Below are positions 8,465 through 19,402 of a DNA stretch of 64,000 nucleotides, one piece after another. Numbering within the stretch: position 1 is the first letter of the stretch; the number at the start of each line of letters is the position of its first letter. The stretch comes from an uncultured delta proteobacterium (GTDB taxonomy: Bacteria; Desulfobacterota; Binatia; Binatales; Binataceae): positions 2,336,001-2,400,000 of the forward strand of contig CAVXXK010000001.1 of the NCBI GenBank assembly GCA_963765675.1, written 5' to 3'. Made by a program: the position numbers and the translations under genes. The notes under the pieces are model-generated. The model made no database searches. It had not been told where the DNA came from and was given only the letters and a program-made list of their open reading frames with translations.

Positions 8465-10991
8465 ATGGCCGAAGACATCGCACCCGCCGGTCCTGTAATC
8501 CCAATCGAGCCGAAAGCGGCAGAAGCCGCCGCGGAGCTCCGTCCGGCGGAGCTCCGCGCCAGCGTTGCGATCGACGGCGCCGAACTTAAACGCGCCGCGG
8601 AGACTGACGGTGATGCGGAGCTGCTCGGGCAGAGCCGCGCGATCGACGCGATCAAGCTCGCGATCGGAATCGACGCGCCGGGCTACAACGTGTACGTGAG
8701 CGGACTGCGTACCCGGATCGAGCGCGACACCGTGCTGGCGCTGCTGGCGGAAAAAGCCGCCACGATACCGACGCCGGGCGACTGGGTTTACGTCAACAAT
8801 TTTCGCAACCCCGAGTCTCCGAGCGCGATCTATCTGCGCGCAGGGCAGGGGCGCGATCTCGCGCAGCGGATGCACGATCTGGTCGCGCTGATCGTCGAGC
8901 AATTACCCAAGGCCTTCCGACGCGAGGATTTTGATCAGGAGCGCACGGCTTTGCGCGACAAGTACAATCAGCGCGCGCAGGAGCTGTTCAAGCAAATCGA
9001 GACTCGCGCGCGCGAGCGCGGCTTCGCGCTCCAGGGCGGCCCCGGCGGCCAGGTTATCTTCATCCCGCTGATCGAGGGCAAGGTTCCCGAATCCCCCGAG
9101 GTGCTGCAAAAAGCGATGAGCGCCAAGACCGACGCCGAGCGCGAGCAGATGATGCGCGCGCAGGCCGAGCTCGAAAACGAATTCAGCGGACTGGTTGGCC
9201 GCCAGCAGGAGCTGATGCGCGACCTGGTCGACGATATCCGCGCGATCGAGCGCGCGTTCGCCGCCAAGCTCATCATCCCCTCGGTCGAAGACTTAAAGCG
9301 CCACTTTAATAATCCCGGAGTGACGGGATACCTCGACCAGGTCGCCGATCACATGCTCTCGCATCTGGATCGCTTCCGCGAAGCTGGCGCCACAGCAGCC
9401 GGGCGCCGAGCCGCAGCCGCCCACGCCCGAGGACGGACCGCGATGGTTCGAGTACCAGGTCAACGTCATGGTCGATAACTCGACCACCCAGGGAGCGCCG
9501 GTGGTGAGCGAGGACGCGCCGAATTATCGCAACCTGTTCGGCACGATCGAGCGGTGGATCGATCCGCTGGGGCGCTCGGGCACCAACTTCACCCGGATTA
9601 TCGGCGGGTCGTTTTTGAAATCGCACGGCGGCTTCCTGGTCCTGGACCTCGACGACGCGGTGGTCGAGCCGGGGGTGTGGAAGACACTCAAGCGCAGCCT
9701 CAAGTCCGGGCGCATGACGCTCGAGACGTTTGAGCCGCTGCCGTTTTTCTCGATGAGCGGGCTCAAGCCCGAGCCGATCGAGGTGCACACCAAGCTGGTG
9801 GTTCTGGGCGGCGCGTATCTCTACAACATGCTCTATTTCTACGACTCGGAGTTTTCGGACCTGTTCAAGGTCAAGGCCGAGATGCGCCCGTCGATCGACG
9901 CGGACGCGAGCGCCGCGCGCCACTACGCCGGCCACGTGGGCTCGCTTGCCCGGCGCGAGAACCTGCCGCCGTTCTCCGGCGACGCGCTGCGCAAAATCGT
10001 CGAGTTCGGGATGCGCCAGGCGGGCGACCGCACCCGGGTGCTCGCGATGCTCGAGCCGATCGACGATCTGGCGCGCGAGTCCGCCTACTTCGCGCGCGCC
10101 GACCACGCCACCGAGGTCTCGGGCGCGCACGTCGAACGCGCGCTGGCGGAGCGGGTGCTGCGGCTTAATCATATCGAAGAGGAAATCCGCCGGATGATCG
10201 CGCGCGGCACCCTGGTGGTGCAGATCACGGGCAAAGCCGTCGGACAGATAAATGGGCTCGCCGTGATCGACGTCGGCGGCTATGCGTTCGGCCGCCCCTC
10301 GCGCGTGACCGCGACCGTCGCGCTGGGACAGGCGGGCCTTATCAATATCGAGCGCGAGGCGCGCCTGTCGGGCTCGACCCACGACAAGGGAATCATGATC
10401 CTCTCGGGGTTTCTGCGCGCGCGATTCGGCCAGGCGCATCCGCTGGCGATGACCGCGTCGATCGCGTTCGAGCAATCGTATTCCGGAATCGACGGCGACA
10501 GCGCCAGCTCGACCGAGCTCTACGCGCTACTCTCGGCGCTCTCGGGCGTGCCGATCCGGCAGGATCTCGCGGTGACGGGATCGGTCGACCAACACGGCCA
10601 TGTGCAGGCGATTGGCGGCGCCAACGAGAAAATTGAAGGCTACTACCGCGTCTGCAAGGCGATCGGGATGACCGGGACGCAGGGCGTGATGGTGCCGAAG
10701 ACCAACGTCGAGAACCTGATGCTCGAGCCTGAGACGGTCGCGGCGGTCGAGCGCGGCGAATTCCACATCTATGCGATCGACACGATCGATCACGGGATCG
10801 AGTTGCTAACCGGCGTGCGCGCGGGCACCGTCGATGAGCCCGGAACGATCAACTACTTGGTCGATCAACGCCTGCGAGCGATGGCCGACGTGCTGCGCAA
10901 CTCGGGCAATCGCGAGACGCGCGTCGTGCATGAAGTCGATAGCACGCCGCCGGCGCCCAAGCCGCCCTCGCCTCCGGAGCCGCCGCGCTGA
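8465..10991 (+). CDS. Lon-like protease (LonB/LonC, AAA_32 + Lon_C architecture), frameshift near 9385
   Basis: LLGQSRA...GYNVYV, DWVYVNNF..P in the first ORF. The second frame gives YQVNVMVDN...NLFGTIE, GQINGL, FEQSYSGIDGDSAS (Ser) and GGANEKIEG (Lys). Confidence 0.88.
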
Positions 10992-11012
10992 GCGCGCGCG
11001 GGAGCGGTCGCG

Positions 11013-12416
11013 ATGCCAATCGACCTGCGGCTCGAGGCGGGCGAAGTCGCGCTGTGCACCGACCTGTATGAGCTGACCGTCAGCGCCGCGTTTTTCGAGC
11101 ACTCGATGAACGAGCAGGCCGCGTTCGAGATGGCGCTGCGGCGGATGCCGCCGAACCGCGGCTACATGATCGCGGCGGGAGTCGAGCGGCTGCTTGAAGC
11201 GCTCGAGGCCTACCACTTCGACGCGGCGGCGATCGCGTATCTCGAAACGCTTAAAATTTTCAAACCCGCGTTCCTGGATTATCTCGCCGGCTTTCGCTTC
11301 AGCGGAGAGGTGCGCGCGCTTCCGGAGGGAACGATCTTTTTCGCCGGAGAACCGATCCTCGAGATTCACGCGCCCCTGATCGAAGGACAGATCGTAGAGA
11401 CGCTCGCGCTGAATCAGGTCGGATTCGCCACGATGGCGGCGACCAAGGCCGCGCGATGCGTCGGCGCGGCGCAGGGTAGGCGCGCGATCGACTTCGGCGC
11501 GCGGCGCGCGCAGGGCGCGGACGCGGCCCTGATCGCGGCGCGCTCGAGCTACCTTGCCGGCTTCGCCGGGACCGCCAGCGTCCTCGCGGGGCAGCGCTAC
11601 GGAATTCCGGTGTTCGGCACGATGAGCCACAGCTTCGTGATGGCGCATGAGAGTGAGCGCGCGGCGTTCGAGAATTTCGCCGCGAGCTTTTCGGCTCCGG
11701 CGACGATCCTGGTCGACACCTACGACACGGCGCGCGGAGTCGAGAACGCCGCCGCGCTTGGCGTGAAGCTGCGCGAGTCGGGCGCGAAGCTGGCCGGAGT
11801 CAGACTCGACAGCGGGAACCTGGGCGCGCTCGCATTGCGCGCGCGCAAAATTCTCGATCAGCACGGCCTGAACGAGACCGCGATTTTCGCCAGCGGCAAC
11901 CTCGACGAATACAAAATCGAAGAGCTGCTCGCTGCGAAAGCGCCGATCGACGCCTTCGGAGTCGGCACCGCGCTCGCGGTCAGCGACGATGCTCCGGCCG
12001 GCGACTTTACTTACAAGCTGGTCGAGTATCGGGGGCAGCCGCGCCTCAAGCTGTCGGCGGGCAAGGCCTCGGCGCCCGGGCGCAAACAAATCTTCCGCGC
12101 GTGCAGCAGCACGGGCGAATACGCCGGCGACCTGATCGGAGCGATTGACGAAAGTCCGGGGACGGTCGCCCGGGTGATGAAAATGTCCGAAGCGCGGGTT
12201 CTGCCGATGCTCGAGATCCAGATGGAGCGCGGTGTGCGAAAGATGCCGCGGCCCGAGTTGAACGACAGCCGCGCGCGAGTTGCCGCCGCGATAGCGAAGC
12301 TCGATCCGCGCTGCCGGATGATTCGCAAGCCCTCGGAGTATCCGGTGCGCACCAGCGCCGCAATAAACGCGATGGTAATAACCGAAAAAGTCCGCGCCGA
12401 CCATCGGCAGGAATAA
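11013..12416 (+). CDS. pncB: Nicotinate phosphoribosyltransferase
   Basis: TDLYELT, DFGARRAQG, GTMSHSFV, LVDTYD, GVRLDSG, ASGNLDE, FGVGT, YKLVEY. Confidence 0.93.
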   Translation: MPIDLRLEAGEVALCTDLYELTVSAAFFEHSMNEQAAFEMALRRMPPNRGYMIAAGVERLLEALEAYHFDAAAIAYLETLKIFKPAFLDYLAGFRFSGEVRALPEGTIFFAGEPILEIHAPLIEGQIVETLALNQVGFATMAATKAARCVGAAQGRRAIDFGARRAQGADAALIAARSSYLAGFAGTASVLAGQRYGIPVFGTMSHSFVMAHESERAAFENFAASFSAPATILVDTYDTARGVENAAALGVKLRESGAKLAGVRLDSGNLGALALRARKILDQHGLNETAIFASGNLDEYKIEELLAAKAPIDAFGVGTALAVSDDAPAGDFTYKLVEYRGQPRLKLSAGKASAPGRKQIFRACSSTGEYAGDLIGAIDESPGTVARVMKMSEARVLPMLEIQMERGVRKMPRPELNDSRARVAAAIAKLDPRCRMIRKPSEYPVRTSAAINAMVITEKVRADHRQE

Positions 12417-12432
12417 CGCCAGTGGAGCATCC

Positions 12433-12660
12433 GCCAGTGGATGCCGACGGCCCGTCGGCCGACGCGAAGCGCCATCTTTCAGCATGGCGCGCAGCGCCGC
12501 GCGATTAAAAGAGCAGAGCAGCACCCTCACCCACGCGTCACGATGCTTGCGAAAAAAAACGCAAGCATCGCGCCGCGTCGCCTCTCCCGGCGGGAGAGGG
12601 TATGAGCACAGGACCGCGTCGCCATATGCTGGTGGCATCTCCCGGAGGGAGAGGATATCA
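12433..12660. repeat. Composite CCCTCACCC/GGGAGAGGG palindromic element (copy 1; related copies at 38710-38800 and 48931-49122)
   Basis: Shares gccgacggcccgtcggcc, gcgcgattaaaagagcagagcagc, ccctcacccacgcgtcacga and ctcccgg.gggagaggg with the 48931 copy. Confidence 0.75.
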
Positions 12661-12696
12661 GCAGGATCCTTCGCGCGATCATCGCCATGCGAAGAC

Positions 12697-12877
12697 GGGC
12701 GCGTCGCGACGCGCCCCTACGAATCAAATGCGATTCCGCTGCAGGCGCGACGCGTCACGCTAGAAACGGGCCGGGCATCAAGCGGCACCGGCTTCAGCCG
12801 GTGCGGAGCACAGGCTAAAGCCGGTGCCACCAAGACTCGGATGACCTTTCTTCTTAGGGGCGGCTCGGGAGCCGCCC
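12697..12877. repeat. Cluster of GTAG/GTGG-tagged REP-like palindromes
   Basis: gggcgcgtcgcgacgcgcccctac (12697-12720); inverted pair ggcaccggcttcagccggtgc / gcacaggctaaagccggtgccac (12784-12830); taggggcggctcgggagccgccc (12855-12877). Confidence 0.65.
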
Positions 12878-12915
12878 GTCTTCGCGAGCCTGTACCTCAC
12901 CGCCAAGCTTCTTCG

Positions 12916-15079
12916 TCACTTCGCGGCGGGCCAGAACGATTCCGTGCGCTCGGGCGGTGGCGAAGACTTCAGATGGTCTGCGGCGGCCTCCAGAGCGGCC
13001 GGTGTGAACACGAAAACGAAACGCATCTGATCGTCGTCAGGATATTTTTTTCCGCTCGGCCATAGCGTTGGAAACGGCGCGAAGATTTTCGACGCGCAGC
13101 CGCTATATCGCTCCGCAAGCGGCCGCAGAGCGCCATAGCTGCCAGCCAGCACTATCGCGACGTGAGCGGAGTCAATCGGCGCCACGGTAAAGTCGCGGTA
13201 GTGGTAGAGTCCGGACTGGATGATCCAGTCGGTGGGCAGCATGCCCGCCGCTCCCAGCGCCGCCGGGGAGAGCGACCGCAGCTCCCGCCCGTCGCGGAAC
13301 CATCGTGCCAGCGCCTCGACCAGGATATCGGCTCTGAGAGCGACCGCGCGCGTCTCGAGGCTGGCGACGCTCAGCCTTGCGTACGGCGCCAAAGCATCAG
13401 GCGGTATCTGGTAGACCTGCGCGCCGCCGGTGGCGATAAGATGCAATCCGAGCGGATCGATCGCGCTCCGCCAGCTTTTCAGATCAGGATCGGTGTCGTC
13501 GATTACGATCGCGCCGATCTGATGCTGCGCGGCGAAAGCCATAATCTGTTGCGGCGCCTCGGGGAGGTCGATCGCGCCGAGAAAAAGCCTCACCGCCGGA
13601 AAGCTCTTGAAGCTCGGCGGAACAATTGAGGTATAGCCGCTCGCCATTCGAAAGCCCATGTTCGCGGTGGTTTGCCAGAGCATCGAAGTGCCGTTTCGTT
13701 CGTACGGTAGCGGAAGGATTATTTCGTTTGGCGAGATCACCGAACGCCACGAGCCGTCGGTGAACATCGCCGGTTGCTGCACGGCGGTGGTCCAGAATCC
13801 GGCGTCGAACCGCGGCAGCATCATGACGAGGATCGCGACGGCTGCGGCCGCTTTGAGCGCTACGCTCGCGCCGACTCGACGCGAACCACAAAGCGGCGAT
13901 AATCGCGAGGATCAGAAACCCGTACATCGCAAATCGAACTGGCAATGCGTTCGCGATCAGCGGTGCGTGGGTCGCGAGCCACCACGGCATCGGCAGCACC
14001 GGTCTGCCCGCTATCAGAAGTGCAGGGCCGAGCATGGCGAGCACGATAGCGGCGAATGAAAAGAGCGCAATCCTCGTTGCCGGCGCTATCCAGTTGCGTC
14101 GGCAATACGCGCCTGCGACCAGAAGCAAGGGAATCCCGAAGCAGGCGCCGTGCTCGATCCAGAATCCGGCGAAATGTTCGCTGACTGCACGCATCGGCGC
14201 GAGGTTGCCGAGCCAGTTGAAGCGCTCCGGGACGACCAGGTTCAAAATGTCCGCCGAATAGAGGCTGGGCGGATAGATCGCTTCGCGCGGCGCTCCTGCC
14301 GAGAGCATCGCGTACAAATACGGCGAAAGGATCGCGATCGCGATGGCGAGAGCGACGGCGCTGGGCGCGATCATCCCCAGCAGACGGGAACGCTCGGGCG
14401 AAACGCGCAGCGCGATCGCGAATGCGATCACTGCGAACATCACGCTGGTTGCAAAGATCTCGGGGAAGCACAAAAACTGCACGGCCATGAGCGCGGCAAT
14501 CGCGGCCACGTAGGTGCGCGTGCGAGTCTCACCCGCGAGATATTTCAGCACCACGAGTATTGCCAGCGGTACTGGAAAGACCATTGCCAAATCGATATGC
14601 GCGAGAAGCTGGCCGAGCATGTAGGGCGAAAATCCGAATATCAGTCCTCCCAGAATCGACGGCCAGAATTTGCCCGTGATCCATCGGCATAGGATGTACG
14701 CGCAAAACGCCGCAGCCGGAGGTGCCGTGAGGCACAAGAGATTGTACGCTGCGACCGGCCCGAACAAATTAGTAATCGGTGCGGCGACAAGTGCCGGCAG
14801 CGGTATAGGCGTCGCCCAGGCAAGGCTGGTGCCCGCGGGCGCCCACAAGAGATTGGTAAATAACGGATTGAGATGCTTACTCAGCGCGTACGGCCACCAC
14901 GCGAGGAACCAGAAGAATGCGGACGGATCAGTGCTGATGCCGGTGCCGATAAAGTGGGTAGTCAATCCGGCGCTCAGCCCGCGTCCGAAAATCAGGTACG
15001 AAATCAGGCAAAAGATTGCCGCGGCAAGCGCACCGCGCGCGATAGAGAGCGAAACCGCAATACGAAAGCGTCCTCTCAT
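12916..15079 (-). CDS. Large multi-TM GT-C-like membrane protein, frameshift near 13875
   Basis: ORF 13484-15079 (DPSAFFWFLAWWP, NPLFT, FGFSPY, PVRFAMY) loses TM character at WFASS; the other frame continues ALKAAAAVAILVMMLP into ORF 12916-13824 (MLWQ...FRMASGY). Confidence 0.7.
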
Positions 15080-15088
15080 GGCTAGTGC

Positions 15089-16687
15089 TCAATCCGCATC
15101 ATGCGACGCGCGCACCAGGCTGGTTTTCCTTCGAAATACCTCGAAGTACTCTCCTTTCCATTCGGGTTCGAAAGCATTCAAAGCGCTTCTAAGCAAGGGA
15201 TTGTTCGGCACCCCTTTGCAGGGCGAGTGGATTCCAATCGGCACCAGCACCAGTGTCGCCTTATCAAGTTGATTTAGCTTGCGATTCACTTCGCTTGGAC
15301 GCATAAGGCCGGGCAGAAGATAAAGCGAAGTAGGAGGTGCAAACCCTGGCACCATCAATTCGACGGCGCCGTTGATGTCGAGAACAACTGTGGACTTGTC
15401 GTGAACTAGATTGAGCGCCTTATTCCATTCAGCCATTTCGGCGGGCGAGGTCCAAACCTGCCCAGTCGCCGCGTACCTGCGATCGGTTGTCCAATGACGA
15501 TTGACTGACCAGGTTCTATACGCCCACACAACCAGCCCAAGCGCACAAAGCACGATGCCTGCACGCCTGCCGATCGGCGAAATACCGACTGCGATAGCGC
15601 TTCCCAACACCAAGAGATAAGCGTAGTAAAACCATGACCACTGGTTACCAAATAGAACCGTGATGAACAGCACATGCAGAACCGCGCAAGTTACTATTAG
15701 CTCTGACTGGCGGAACTGCAGCGACAGCTCGTCTCTTCCGAGATCTCGAATCCACCGTGCGGCCGCAAACGGCGCAACGCTGATCAAAAAAAGCGTCGCC
15801 GCAGTCCAAAACGCTGTCATTTCAAGGAAGTATGCGAGCCACGGAATGTTGCCAATATCCCAAAACCCACGGCCCGATCCCCCAAAAAAACCGAAGCCAA
15901 GAGCCTGATAGTTACGGAAGCCTTCAATCGGGAACAACGTCTTCAAAAGGCTAGAAGGCCCATACTGATACCCGAGGACCAGCGCGAGAGTAAGGCCTGT
16001 TACGGCAGCGGGGATGAATGCGCGAATCCAGCCGCGTAAAGGCATTTTTGAGCGCAGTAGATCGACCGCAATCAGGACTGTGAGAATGAGGCCGTAAAAG
16101 TACGCCATACTAGGCTTGGCGAAAGTCGCAGCCGTCGCAAATGCCAAAGCTGTGCGAGGTTTGCCGTGAGCCTGCTCCGCTAGCGCCAAGGTTAAAAGAA
16201 CCTGTTCTGTCGCCTCGGCAAGCGATGGGTAACTTGCCTGTATGATTAATCCAAGCGCGATGACAAGTAGCGCTATTCCTATCGCGCCGATCCGGAGTCG
16301 AGTAACCACAGCGGCGATGCCAGCCGCCATTAGTATGTCACATAGGAGAATCAGCGTCTGGTACGCGAATGGGGTTGTGCCAAATAGTCCGAACCAGAGC
16401 TTTCCCACGAAAAGTGGTAGTAAACCGTAGGCATAGCCAAAGTCGATCGCAGGTCGTAGGCCGTGCGAAACCAGAAATTGAACGGTCAGGTTAGCCCCTT
16501 GATCGCCGAAGCCGAAGTTATCGAGGCTTAGATCGAGCGGAAGCCATCCGATCCAATACACAATTACTTCAGCCGAAAAGACTAGACATAGGAGTAGTAC
16601 TTGATATCGATCGACGCTCCCGCGATCGCGTTCAATTGTGTTTGAATGATTCGCCGGCAGGTCTGATGCGTAGCTCTGGGTATTCAT
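15089..16687 (-). CDS. Multi-TM membrane protein, probable GT-C glycosyltransferase
   Basis: 532 aa, about 11 TM helices; GDQGANL, LRPAIDFGYAYG, FAKPS; visibly more AT-rich than its neighbours. Confidence 0.6.
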   Translation of the reverse strand: MNTQSYASDLPANHSNTIERDRGSVDRYQVLLLCLVFSAEVIVYWIGWLPLDLSLDNFGFGDQGANLTVQFLVSHGLRPAIDFGYAYGLLPLFVGKLWFGLFGTTPFAYQTLILLCDILMAAGIAAVVTRLRIGAIGIALLVIALGLIIQASYPSLAEATEQVLLTLALAEQAHGKPRTALAFATAATFAKPSMAYFYGLILTVLIAVDLLRSKMPLRGWIRAFIPAAVTGLTLALVLGYQYGPSSLLKTLFPIEGFRNYQALGFGFFGGSGRGFWDIGNIPWLAYFLEMTAFWTAATLFLISVAPFAAARWIRDLGRDELSLQFRQSELIVTCAVLHVLFITVLFGNQWSWFYYAYLLVLGSAIAVGISPIGRRAGIVLCALGLVVWAYRTWSVNRHWTTDRRYAATGQVWTSPAEMAEWNKALNLVHDKSTVVLDINGAVELMVPGFAPPTSLYLLPGLMRPSEVNRKLNQLDKATLVLVPIGIHSPCKGVPNNPLLRSALNAFEPEWKGEYFEVFRRKTSLVRASHDAD

Positions 16688-16753
16688 ATTTCAGACGGTT
16701 GTTTTGGGGCGAAGCGTTATGGCTGTTTACTTCTGTGGATAGTCCAGTCTTGT

Positions 16754-18013
16754 TCAGTCAATCCAGTGCCATTGAGCGAAAAGCGCCGAGTGCCAGAAAA
16801 GCAAGGCGGCTGTGCAGAGGCACACCGCTTTAAGAGCACGCGGCCGACTCGCCAGCAAATCGGAGGCGGCGATGTACGCAGGAAAGACGTCAACCAAATA
16901 ACGGCTCATCGACGAAAAGCCGTAGCCGCCGCAAAGGCGAGTAGCTACGAGGAATGCGAATGAGACAGCCGCGAATAATAACTCCGGAATACTGAGTCGC
17001 GAGCGCACCGCAAATACAACAATGGCAAAGCCCGCAAATATCCACGGATCCAGCGTGTACGGAACCGGGATCATTCGAAACAGATCAGCGAAGCTTGCCA
17101 GTGAGTAGAATCCAGTCATCAGCGACCAGTGCGCGCCATGCGTCCATCCCGCCTGCGAAGCTATGAACGCAAGCGGCGCGTGAAACTTGAAGGCGAGATA
17201 GGCCATGTACGCGGCAAGTCCCGATCCCGCGATCGCGAGCGCCGCCGCAAGCTTCATCGCCGCCGCGCGGCTCCATCCCTGCCGAGGCCATGCGCAGTAT
17301 GCGATTGGCGCAAGCATCACGATTCCCGTCGGGCGCGTCGCCGTCAGGAGCCCGCACCATATCGCGGCGCTCAGGACCCGGCCGCGTTCGAGTTCCAGGA
17401 ATGCCGCCAGCGTGAGCAGCAGCGCGAGCGACTCGGCGTATCCGGCTGAGAGGAACAGCGAGGCCGGGAAGAAGCTCAGGATCGCCACAGCAGACAGCGC
17501 GATCTGAGACCCGTATTTGTCGCGAGCGTATTTATACAACAGCAAGACCGATGCGACCGCGCATAGATTCGCAACCACAAGCGCGGCGGTCGAATTCGCA
17601 AGCCCGGAGAGGCTCGCTACACCAAAAGACACCAGAGGATAGAGCGGAAAGAATGCTACATTTTGTTGAATCGATGAGCCCGGCAGAAAGCGGTATCCGT
17701 CGCGCATTATTTCTAGGTACCAGCCGGAGTCCCATCTGAGGAGGTAATGAAAGATGCTGCTGCCGGAATTCCAATCAGCCGCATGAAGGTTCAGTGGCAG
17801 GATTCTCGGGGACAGGGAAACGGCCAGAAGGATTATCAGGCGCGATACGCCGAAAATCGCGGCGGCGGACGCGTATTCATAAACCGCACGCTCGGAAATG
17901 CCGCTTACAGAGCCGATCGACAACGCGCGAGCCGCACCCGCGTGATTCGTCGCGCCGTCTGTCGAACCGTCCACCGCACTCCCCTCCCCGGCTCGTCGCG
18001 GCAAGTAGAGCAA
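16754..18013 (-). CDS. PIG-V-like mannosyltransferase (Mannosyl_trans2 family)
   Basis: RWDSGWYL, AFFPLYP, FPASLFLSAGYAESL, TRPTG, SMSRY; start uncertain. Confidence 0.82.
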   Translation of the reverse strand: MLYLPRRAGEGSAVDGSTDGATNHAGAARALSIGSVSGISERAVYEYASAAAIFGVSRLIILLAVSLSPRILPLNLHAADWNSGSSIFHYLLRWDSGWYLEIMRDGYRFLPGSSIQQNVAFFPLYPLVSFGVASLSGLANSTAALVVANLCAVASVLLLYKYARDKYGSQIALSAVAILSFFPASLFLSAGYAESLALLLTLAAFLELERGRVLSAAIWCGLLTATRPTGIVMLAPIAYCAWPRQGWSRAAAMKLAAALAIAGSGLAAYMAYLAFKFHAPLAFIASQAGWTHGAHWSLMTGFYSLASFADLFRMIPVPYTLDPWIFAGFAIVVFAVRSRLSIPELLFAAVSFAFLVATRLCGGYGFSSMSRYLVDVFPAYIAASDLLASRPRALKAVCLCTAALLFWHSALFAQWHWID

Positions 18014-18128
18014 GCGGCGTGCCGCTAAAAATCGCCTTTAATGGTTATTGTTGTTGCATCCCTGCAACTAGCCGCGCGCGCGCAGTGCTGCGACTTGCGC
18101 TGCTGCGCGGTGGGCGGATGAAAATCGA

Positions 18129-19205
18129 CTAATTTCCGGCAGGTGAGATCGCCGACGTGCCTGGCTCTACAAGCGCCGCGGCGGCGGCGCGGAGGTGGCG
18201 CTCGGTGGTCGGCCAGTCGATGCAGGGATCGGTGACCGAGACGCCGTACTTGAGCGAGGCGCGTCCGCCAGCGAGCGATTGGTTGCCCGCCTCGAGATTG
18301 CTTTCGAGCATCACGCCCATGATCGCGCGCGAGCCGCCGCTTATCTGGCCTATCAGCTCTTCGAGAACGGCGGGCTGGCGCCGATAGTCCTTGTTGGTCT
18401 GCGCGTGCGAGCAGTCCACGATCACGCGCGGCTCGAGATGGTGCCGTTCGAGCATCGCGACGCACTCGCCGATACTGCGCGAATCGAAATTAGGAATCCG
18501 TCCTCCGCGCAGGACCACATGGGTGTCGGGATTTCCCGTCGTGCGCACGACCGCGGCGGCGCCGTCCTGGGTGATGCCCAAAAAAGAATGCGGGCGGCGC
18601 GAGGACTCGACGCCGTTGATCGCGGCATCAAGGTTGCCCTCGGTCGTGTTTTTGAATCCCACCGGCATCGAGAGGCCGCTCGCCATCTCGCGATGCGTCT
18701 GCGACTCGGCGGTGCGCGCGCCGATCGCCGACCACGCGATCAGGTCGGCGATATATTGCGGCGTGATCGGATCGAGCATCTCGGTCGCCGCGGGAAGTCC
18801 GAGCCGGTTGATTTCGAGCAGGAGCTTGCGCGCGATGCGAAGCCCTTCGCCCATCGCGCAGGAGTCGTCCATGTGCGGGTCGTTGATAAGCCCCTTCCAT
18901 CCGACCGTCGTGCGCGGCTTTTCGAAATAGACCCGCATGATTATGCAGAGCTGCGATGAGAGTTCGCGCCGCAGAGCGGCCAAGCGCCGGGCGTATTCGA
19001 GCGCGGCATCGGGATCGTGAATCGAACATGGCCCGACGATACAGATAGTGCGAAGATCGCGTCCGGCAAGCGCGGCGCGTACCGCCTCGCGCGCCTCGAC
19101 GACGGTCTTTACGATCGCGGCGTCAACCGGTAGTTCGTCCTTAAGCAGCCTTGGCGCGATGAGCGCTTCGTTGCCGAGAACGTGTAAGTCCTGAATTCGA
19201 TGCAT
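18129..19205 (-). CDS. 3-deoxy-7-phosphoheptulonate (DAHP) synthase, class I-alpha (AroF/G/H type)
   Basis: GPCSIHD, MRVYFEKPRTTVGWKGLINDP, IGART.ESQ.HREMASGLS, VDCSH, GVSVTDPC. Confidence 0.95.
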   Translation of the reverse strand: MHRIQDLHVLGNEALIAPRLLKDELPVDAAIVKTVVEAREAVRAALAGRDLRTICIVGPCSIHDPDAALEYARRLAALRRELSSQLCIIMRVYFEKPRTTVGWKGLINDPHMDDSCAMGEGLRIARKLLLEINRLGLPAATEMLDPITPQYIADLIAWSAIGARTAESQTHREMASGLSMPVGFKNTTEGNLDAAINGVESSRRPHSFLGITQDGAAAVVRTTGNPDTHVVLRGGRIPNFDSRSIGECVAMLERHHLEPRVIVDCSHAQTNKDYRRQPAVLEELIGQISGGSRAIMGVMLESNLEAGNQSLAGGRASLKYGVSVTDPCIDWPTTERHLRAAAAALVEPGTSAISPAGN

Positions 19206-19402
19206 AGTCAGACCAATAAGTATTAGCGGAATCCGGCGGGACAACATAGCAGCCGCTGTTCGGTGGCGGCAGGAACAACTTGCCGCGGACCAATCGCAGG
19301 TTTAGTCTCGGTTTATTGGGCTCGCGCGCGCAACGAATTTGATCCGCGCGTCAGGCATTGGCACGACGGCTTTTGCTCCGTTCGACTCGCTCGATTGCTC
19401 GC

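Noticed and set aside
19339-19360. TGGCACG...TTGC as a sigma54 promoter
   Set aside because: GG-to-GC spacing is longer than the strict -24/-12 requirement
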